From Octopus sinensis (lineage: Eukaryota): DNA of 15,097 nt. Of this stretch, positions 8,031-15,097 are shown piece after piece. Location: the NCBI RefSeq assembly GCF_006345805.1, contig NW_021825525.1:1-15097 (forward strand). The letters are read 5' to 3'. Within the stretch, counting starts at the first letter, position 1. Every line of letters begins with the position of its first letter. The translations under genes and the position numbers were made by a program. The notes under the pieces are model-generated. The model did no database searches. It had not been told where the DNA came from and saw nothing but the letters and a program-made list of their open reading frames with translations.

Positions 8031-9189
8031 TCCGTCTTGGTTTTAACCAAAGTGCACCCAGGAATACATTTTCTAATGTGTCCTACGGTTTTTGTTGTTC
8101 TGGTTTACTCTTATTTAAAGCATCTATAGATTTTTCCTGTAATTTTCTTTCTTTCTCCCAACCAAAAATGGCAGCTTTTTATCTATAACTTTTTTTCTTT
8201 TTTACCTGTCACTCTATATCCGATTTCCGATAATATAATGTGTTAGCCAAAACCTTCCTACAAAAGTTGTCGTCTGTACCAATCTTGAAAATCATCATTT
8301 GAAAGACATTAAGGAATTTAGAGAGAGAAGTAGAGAGAGAGAGAAAGAGATGAAAAGAGAGAGGGGGAAGAAAGGGGGAGAGAACGATTTCTACCAATCT
8401 GTGCAGTAAGCGACAAGTGAGATGGGATTTTTTTTGTTAGCTTGTAAACTTCTTTGTATATATTTTTTCCGTATTATTAGTTAGATTAAAGGATGAGCTG
8501 ACTGAAAGAGAGAGCGAAAAAATAGTAGAAATATTATCTGGTAATTTCTAGGATAATTTTAGACAGTCTAGATTCTTCTGGTTTATTAAAAGACACTTGA
8601 CTGCCGCAAGTAAAAATTTGTGTTAGAGAGAAAGAATGGGAGTATTAAGACACCTGGCAAGCTAGCGATACTCATTCGTGACTGCTGCCTTCAAGCAGAA
8701 GTGAAAAGAGAACATATATATATACATAATATATATATAAATAAACTAGTCATTAGCAAAGAGGAATTTGATATTAATTTTCAGTAGTGGCAGCAGACAA
8801 GATACATATCAACCAGCTTGGCTTCTGAAACTGAGCCTCAACAAAATGTGTGCACGGCTCTGACAAAACTAAGATTCTGACGCCCAGACTAGTTTACACT
8901 AAGCCGTAATTGTATCTCCGTATTCATTTTCTACCTTTCAAACACTGATCTCTCTCACAGCTTCAGTGATTTAAGTGTTACTTTCTAGAAAACTGGGAAC
9001 TGCTGGTTTTTGTTAAGTATAACCACTGTTGCTGTTTTTTTTTTTTTTTTTTTTTGTGGGGAATATGATGAAAGTAATACATAAAGGAAGAGTCTGTCTT
9101 GAAAGCAACTTCCTAGCTATTGGTATTTAGAAATGTAGCACGCTTTCCAGACTGCAGCAGGTTACTTTGTCACTTTGCCAGTCATTTAA

Positions 9190-9335
9190 ACATACATACA
9201 TACATACATACATACATACATACATACATACATACATACTTACAGACGCACATATGCATACTTATATATACATATATATTTATACATATATGTATGTGTG
9301 TCCGTGAGTGTATACATATATATATATACATACAG

Positions 9336-9366
<31 letters not shown>

Positions 9367-9385
9367 ATATATATATATATATATA
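9190..9385. repeat. (TACA)n and (TA)n microsatellites
   Basis: Direct inspection. Confidence 0.95.
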
Positions 9386-9633
9386 AAACAATAAGTAAAT
9401 AAATGAAAAGCATCTTTGTACTATAATGCAACCTATTAGTAACATATAATTCCAGCATTCAATTATTCCTCGTTTAATTCTTTGAATAAACCAATGTAGA
9501 AGGAATGCTGGCACTAGATATAGGAATGCATATAAGCGGTTAACGCCTAATCTGTATCGATGGCTTTGCATAGATCTAGAAAAAGTGTTAGTCTCGTGTT
9601 ATTAAATTAGATATTTCTTGTCGGAAGTGAGAC

Positions 9634-10020
9634 GGTGATGAGCTGGTAGAATCGTTAGCACGCCGGGCGAAATGCTTAGTTCAAATTCCGCCGAGGTCGA
9701 CGTTGCCTCTCATTCTTCCAGGGTCGATTAAATAAGTACCTGTTACGCACTGGGGTCGATGTAATCGACTTAATCCGTTTGTCTGTCCTTGTTTCTCCCC
9801 TCTGTGTGTAGCCTCTTGTGGGCAGTAGAGAAATAAGAATCGTTAGCACGACGGAGAAAATGCAGAGCAGCAGTAGCTCTTCCGGGTTTTTACGTTTTGA
9901 GTTCAAATCCCACCGAGATCAACTTTGCCTTTCTTCCTTTCAGGGGTGTCAGTAAAATAAAGTACCGGTCAAGTACTGGAGGAGAGTGTTGATGTAATCG
10001 ACTTGACCCTCCCCTCAAAA
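9634..10020 (+). mobile_element. SINE family B head-to-tail dimer or nest; first unit has an alternative 3' tail
   Basis: Unit 1 (9634-9835) ends in TTAATCCGTTTGTCTGTCC...GGGCAGTAGAGAAATA. Unit 2 (9836-10020) is diverged and ends like the other B copies (CCCTCCCCTCAAAA). AGAATCGTTAGCACG is repeated at 9648 and 9836. Confidence 0.85.
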
Positions 10021-10160
10021 CGGCGGGTGCTGAACCCTGCAGCTGATCAGGAGTTCAATAGAGTTCAATAGAGTTGTTATGATCTCTGTCGCTTATACGA
10101 CTTGGAAGTTGGGTTTCTGGCCTCAGAAGTCCTAAAGCCCCAAAGGAAAACAAAATCTGA

Positions 10161-10484
10161 GGTAAAAAGTTTGCTTCCCAACCTGAGAGTTCAGGACAAA
10201 TGTTTTCTACTCTAGCATCGGACTGACCAAAGCACGGTGAGTGGAATTGGTAAACGGAAACTGAAAGAAGCTTATCATATAAATCCTTCATTTGTTTCAG
10301 TCATCTAACTGCGACCATTCTGGAGCACCGCCTTGAAGGATTTTCGTCGAACAAATCGTCCCCAGGACTTATTCTTTGTAAGCCTAGTACTTATTCTATC
10401 GGTCTCTTTTGCCGAACCGCTCAGTTACGGGGACGTAAACACACCAGCATCGGTTGTCAAGCGATGTTGGAGCGGACAAACACA

Positions 10485-10531
<47 letters not shown>

Positions 10532-10926
10532 ACATACACACACACATATATATATATATATATGGGTGTGTGTGTGTGTGTATACATACGACGGGCTTCT
10601 TTCAGTTTCCTTCTACAAAATCCACTCACAAGGCTTTGGTCGGCTCAAGGCTACAGTCGAAGAAACCTGCCCAAGATGCCACACAGTGGGACTGTGTGCT
10701 TCTTTGTTTTTGCTTATCTCCACCACCACCACTACCGCATAACAACAAACGTTGGTTTGTTTATGTCCCCGTAACATAGCAGTTCGGCAAACAGAGGCTT
10801 ATAAAATAAGTAACAGACTTTAAGAAAAAAGAGCTGGGATCGATGTATTCGACTAAACCCTTCGAGGTGATGCCCCAGCATGGCTGCTGCCTAATAGCCG
10901 AAACAAGTTAGAGATAAAGATAAAAG
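10161..10926 (+). mobile_element. Old SINE family A copy split in two (10161-10281 and 10695-10926)
   Basis: 5' half GTGAGTGGAATTGGTAAACGGAAACTGAAAGAAGC. 3' half TATGTCCCCGTAACATAGCAGTTCGGCAAA...GCCCCAGCATGGC...GAAACAAGT. Confidence 0.8.
10288..10694 (-). mobile_element. Younger SINE family A copy, 5'-truncated, nested antisense within the old copy
   Basis: High identity to 3095-3581; ends at CAGTGGGACTG within the tRNA head. Confidence 0.9.
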
Positions 10927-11453
10927 AGAAGAGAAGATAAATACGATAAGAATAAGTGAAAAAAAAAACCTGCAACAGAGCAACCCTGGTAATTGTGGTT
11001 GGGTTGGTAACCAGTTAACAAGTTTCGGGGTATATATCTATATAAATATATATCTAGGTAGCAATTGGTACCTGTCAGGAGGGAGAAGTAGGATGTAGTA
11101 AGGGAAGGAACGGTTGGGTAAGATGATAGGGAGTCCCAAAAGTGGGTAGAAGTAGCTTAGGTGGTGATACCTTGAAAAGATGTAGTAATGAAAACAAATA
11201 CGGGGACTACATTTCGGTAAGTGTTTTGGTGAGTGTTTAGAACGAAAATAGGGGAGGGTTTGTGTTTATGGGAGCGGTGGTGTGGGCAGTGGTGGGGGGA
11301 GGTTGATCGGATTACTTTGCAGTGTTAAAGGTTAAAAATTTCAAAGGGGAAGAATATTTAAAAATAAAAAGGAGAAAGAACGTTTGACATTTTGTAAAAA
11401 GGTCCAATAAAAACAAGAACTTATGTGGGGCACACCAGCTGTTAGAAATGAGT

Positions 11454-11457
11454 TATA

Positions 11458-11529
<72 letters not shown>

Positions 11530-11554
11530 TAGATAGATAGATAGATAGATAGAT

Positions 11555-11594
<40 letters not shown>

Positions 11595-11620
11595 CTAGAT
11601 AGATACGTATGTATGTATAC
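11454..11620. repeat. (TA)n plus (AGAT)n microsatellite
   Basis: Direct inspection. Confidence 0.95.
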
Positions 11621-11989
11621 ATATGCTTAAACGCACACACAGACACCACACATTATAAACATATATATGTGTGTTATGCATATGTATATATACATGTATA
11701 TTCTTCAGAGTTATTGTGTGAATATATACATTTACACACACACATATACTCTTTTAGAAAATTTTCAATATGCATATGGCCAACAGCCGTTCCTTTCTCT
11801 CTAAATGCAAACTGTTGGCCCCTTTATAATCATATTTCCACCTCTAGCTTCATGGGGGCCCCTTTTTTCTGTTTGCCTCCTCTTCCCAAACTTCATCCGT
11901 CTTGTAAGCAAGTAACACACCAAATCACCAAATAGGGTGCAGCCTTTCCCGAATCTTTTGTTCTAAAATTAACTCTTAGCCTTAATAAA

Positions 11990-12045
11990 TACTCCGTACA
12001 TATCCGTACATGCCCGTATATTTCCGTACGTCTGACATACTCGTT
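11990..12045 (-). mobile_element. Possible degenerate DNA-transposon end with CCGTA subterminal repeats
   Basis: CCGTA four times at ~9-10-bp spacing. Minus strand GAGTATGTCAGACGTACGGAAATATACGGGCATGTACGG loosely resembles hAT (TAGGGTGACCAGA-type) ends. Confidence 0.25.
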
Positions 12046-12496
12046 CCCCATTTTTATATCTACAGCTGCAACATTTGTTCGAAACATTTCTATTTTCTCC
12101 CATCATCCCATCAAAAATTTCGATGAATCAGCCTCCGGTTTCCCTTTTCACCCTTCCCTTTTTCATTTGCAGCCATCGAAAATATTTGGAAATATTTGGA
12201 AAACATATCGACTCCTCAAAGTGTACCAACATTTCCGTTATGTCTAAAGTCTGAATAAGGAAAGACTTTATGATTTTAACATTTCTAATATCTTGGGTAC
12301 CTAGCCTCCCACCATCGACAGATAATCATCCTCTCTTTCTCTCTCTCTCTCTATCTCTCTCCCTCTCTTTCTCCCCCCCCTGCATACAACATATATGTAT
12401 ATATATATATATATATATTATATATTATATATATATATACAAACACACATAACATATACATACATACATACATACATATATACATATATACATACA

Positions 12497-12541
<45 letters not shown>

Positions 12542-12552
12542 CTATATATATA

Positions 12553-13066
12553 GGCGTAGGAGTGGTGTGGGTAAAAGTACTCGCTTACCAACCACATGGT
12601 TTCCGAGTTCAGTCCCACTGCGTGGCATCTTGGGCAAGTGTATTCTACTATAGCCTGGGGCTGACCAAAGCCTTGTGAGTGGAATTGGTAGACGGAAACT
12701 GAAAGAAGCCCGTCGTATATATATATATATATATATAGTCTTTTACTTGTTTCAGTCATGTGACTGTGGCCATGCTGGAGCACCGCCTTTAGTCGAAGAA
12801 ATCGACCCCAGGACTTATTCCTTGTAAGCCTAGTACTTATTCTATCAGTCTCTTTTGCCGAACCGCTAACAAATCGCTTGACAACCGATGCTGGTGTGTT
12901 TACGTCCCCGTAACTTAGCGGTTCGGCAAAAGAGACTGGTAGAATAAGTACTAGGCTTACAAGGAATAAGTCCTGGGGTCGATTTCTTCGACTAAAGGCG
13001 GTGCTCCAGCATGGCCACAGTCACATGACTGAAACAAGTAAAAGACTAAAAGAGTAGAGTAAAAGA

Positions 13067-13068
<2 letters not shown>
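12553..13068 (+). mobile_element. SINE family A with an internal 134-bp inverted duplication of its 3' part
   Basis: Order: head 12553-12717, (TA)n, inverted 3' module 12736-12869, sense 3' module ~12872-13068. Arms 12736-12869 and 12915-13048 pair at 133/134. Confidence 0.95.
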
Positions 13069-13104
<36 letters not shown>

Positions 13105-13106
13105 AC

Positions 13107-13206
13107 ATTTAGCAGAAGTAACAGAGTGACTCAAGATCGGAGGGTTTCGTGCGTTGGCACTTACCAAACTCTCGGACCTTGAGTCACTCTGTAGCTTCAG
13201 CTAAAT
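13107..13206. repeat. 44-bp inverted repeat embedded in (TA)n; possible Penelope-like pLTR fragment
   Basis: Arms 13107-13150 and 13163-13206 (37/44) with a 12-nt spacer. Minus strand contains GTGC-CAAC-GCAC-GAAAC. Confidence 0.75.
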
Positions 13207-13218
13207 ATAAGTAAATAA

Positions 13219-13253
<35 letters not shown>

Positions 13254-13275
13254 CTCATATTTTGAGTTCTAATAT

Positions 13276-13277
<2 letters not shown>

Positions 13278-13324
<47 letters not shown>
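13278..13324. repeat. (CA)n microsatellite
   Basis: Direct inspection. Confidence 0.95.
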
Positions 13325-13326
<2 letters not shown>

Positions 13327-13798
13327 GGTTTTATAAATGCTTCCTGAATTTATAAGAACCCATATTTATCTTGAATTTAATGGCTCTAAGTAGGTTAGAA
13401 TTCAACTAAGCCTTACTTTGGATAGGATTATTGTTGGTAATGTGAGGAAATGCTAGCCGAGATTCGAACTACTATTCCTTCGATTCATTCGTGGCAGACC
13501 TCAGAATTTGATATTTTTATATCATATCTTTGGAAACAATAAAATGTTTTCTTGCGTATCTCCCAATTTCCTTTGGCCAATTCGGAAAGTTCAGCGCGAC
13601 CTTTCGCGACTTCGGTCTCTTAATGAAACCTCTCAACTTATATCTAAAGACTCGATGAAAGATCACTGCAAGAGTCGCGTTCTACTTTAAGATAGTGATA
13701 CATCAAAACCAAACCGCGCTTTCTTCGTCCATTCGAAAAGCAAGTCCTTCACCACCACTGTCATCACTTCAACAACCAATACAAAAAACAATACTAGT

Positions 13799-13981
13799 GG
13801 AGGCGCAATGGCCCAGTGGTTAGGGCAGCAGACTCGCGGTCGTAAGAACGCGGTTTCGATTCCCAGACCGTATTTTGAGTGTTTATTGAGCACCTAAGCT
13901 CCACGAAGCTCCAGCAGGGAAGGATGAACCCCGCTGTACTCTTTCTCCACAAATTTCTCTCACTCTTTCTTCCTACTTCTG
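13799..13981 (+). mobile_element. SINE family C, 5' half
   Basis: GGAGGCGCAATGGCCCAGTGGTTAGGGCAGC...GGTTTCGATTCCCAGACCG; aligns to the 7494-7882 copy up to CTTCCTACTTCTG. Confidence 0.9.
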
Positions 13982-14239
13982 CCACAAAGCAGAGGGACCA
14001 TGGTGTAACCCACTATGGTGTGGTAAACTTTCAGACCCTAGTCTAGATAGCGAATCCTCTGTACCCCAGGATGGTTCAGCTCTCCACCCGTTAAACAACC
14101 ACCGTTTACAGAATGAGGATAACAACATAGCTTTCGCGCCCGTGCAACCGCCAGTCTATCGCGTGTGGCATTCTTAGTAGCTTAGAGTAGGCTCGAATTA
14201 GAGATTATTCTTTGTGGCTAATGGCGTGAGTTCTGACTG

Positions 14240-14261
14240 GAAGAAGAAGAAGAAGAAGAAG

Positions 14262-14293
<32 letters not shown>

Positions 14294-14340
14294 GAAGAAG
14301 AAGAAGAAGAAGAAGAAGAAGAAGAAGAAGAAGAAGAAGA
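14240..14340 (+). repeat. (GAA)n microsatellite, possibly a retroelement tail
   Basis: About 33 units with one interruption at ~14292. Confidence 0.95.
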
Positions 14341-14393
14341 CAACAGCCACTCTCAGTGATGACTACAACAATCGGACTATCTGAAAAGCAAAC

Positions 14394-14634
14394 CAGTGAT
14401 TTTCAACCATTTATTGTCTGCGGCCCCTTTGGTTTTTATTTTACTCAACAGGACCCCCGAAGCCACTCGATGTACTTTAAAAAGATTCCTGTTGTATTTT
14501 TATAATTAGATATTATTAGTAATTACCTTGAAAATTTTGTGCATTGTAGGAGAATAATCATAATAACTCATAATTTATAACAAAATTTTATATGGATCTC
14601 CAAGAGTCATGTGGACCCCAGTTGAGAACTACTG
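14394..14634. mobile_element. hAT (Charlie-like) MITE, 241 bp
   Basis: TIRs CAGTGATTTTCAAC and reverse-complement CAGTAGTTCTCAAC; internal GGACCCC motifs. The 8-bp TSD is not preserved (AAGCAAAC vs AGTGAGGC). Confidence 0.7.
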
Positions 14635-14917
14635 AGTGAGGCTATCTGCCACACTTGCAAATACTTTGACCGCGCTTCGATGTCACTAACAACTTATAAA
14701 CAAATGTTTTCAATAAAGTATTCTTATAAACACTATCCAATACATTAACACCTGAATCGGTAGGAATTCAGAATATAGACTGTGCAACGTTAGTAAATAA
14801 ACATTTTTTATAACAACATAAAACCTGTACAGCCATCGTTCCATTCATTTACATACGTTTACAATAACATTCTCAGAAGATCTAACGAGTCGAGGTATCT
14901 AATATTCATTTCAACTT

Positions 14918-15097
14918 TTAGCACAAGGCCAGTAATTTAGGGGGAAGGGTGTAAGTCGATTACATCGACCCTAATGTTAAACTGGTACTTATTTTATTGA
15001 CTCAGAAAGGATGAAAGACAAAGTCGACCTCGGTGGTGTTTGAATTCAGAAAGTAAGGACGGACGAAATGCCGCTAAACATCTCGCCCGGCGTGCTA
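14918..15097 (-). mobile_element. SINE family B, cut by the window edge
   Basis: GCACAAGGCC...GTCGATTACATCGACC...GGTACTTATTTTATTGAC...AAAGTCGACCTCGG...GCCCGGCGTGCTA. Confidence 0.9.

Noticed and set aside
10051-12203. Small tandem duplications (GAGTTCAATA x2.5 at 10051; AAATATTTGG x2 at ~12180) and a 9-bp inverted repeat at 11778/11812
   Set aside because: Short slippage products or chance matches with no further structure.
939-12783. Many ORFs rich in YI/HT/CV/MYVC dipeptide or tetrapeptide repeats
   Set aside because: They are translations of (TA)n, (CA)n and (TATG)n microsatellites and SINE bodies, not genes.
13395-13505. Minus-strand B-box-like GTTCGAATC (~13460-13469) suggesting another SINE head
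   Set aside because: No clear A box and no second copy in the window to support it.

Overview
AT-rich, microsatellite-dense eukaryotic non-coding DNA (intergenic or intronic). The repeat families match, from memory, the abundant tRNA-derived SINEs of Octopus (coleoid cephalopod) genomes; this needs confirming by a search. I see no confidently supported host gene, RNA gene or CRISPR, and most ORF-track entries are artefacts of (TA)n/(CA)n/(TATG)n repeats or SINEs. The window is a stack of retroelements. It holds four SINE families (called A-D here), a CR1-group LINE 3' end, an RTE LINE broken by later insertions, a Dong/R4-like restriction-like-endonuclease (RLE) fragment, a solo LTR, and mariner and hAT MITEs. 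Most notable: (i) the CR1-group LINE shares its 3' tail with SINE A, a candidate LINE/SINE partner pair inserting into (TA)n; (ii) three fold-back inverted duplications embedded in (TA)n, including a 133/134-bp near-perfect hairpin inside a SINE A copy and one centred on a hammerhead-ribozyme-like remnant; (iii) SINE families with swapped or shared modules.
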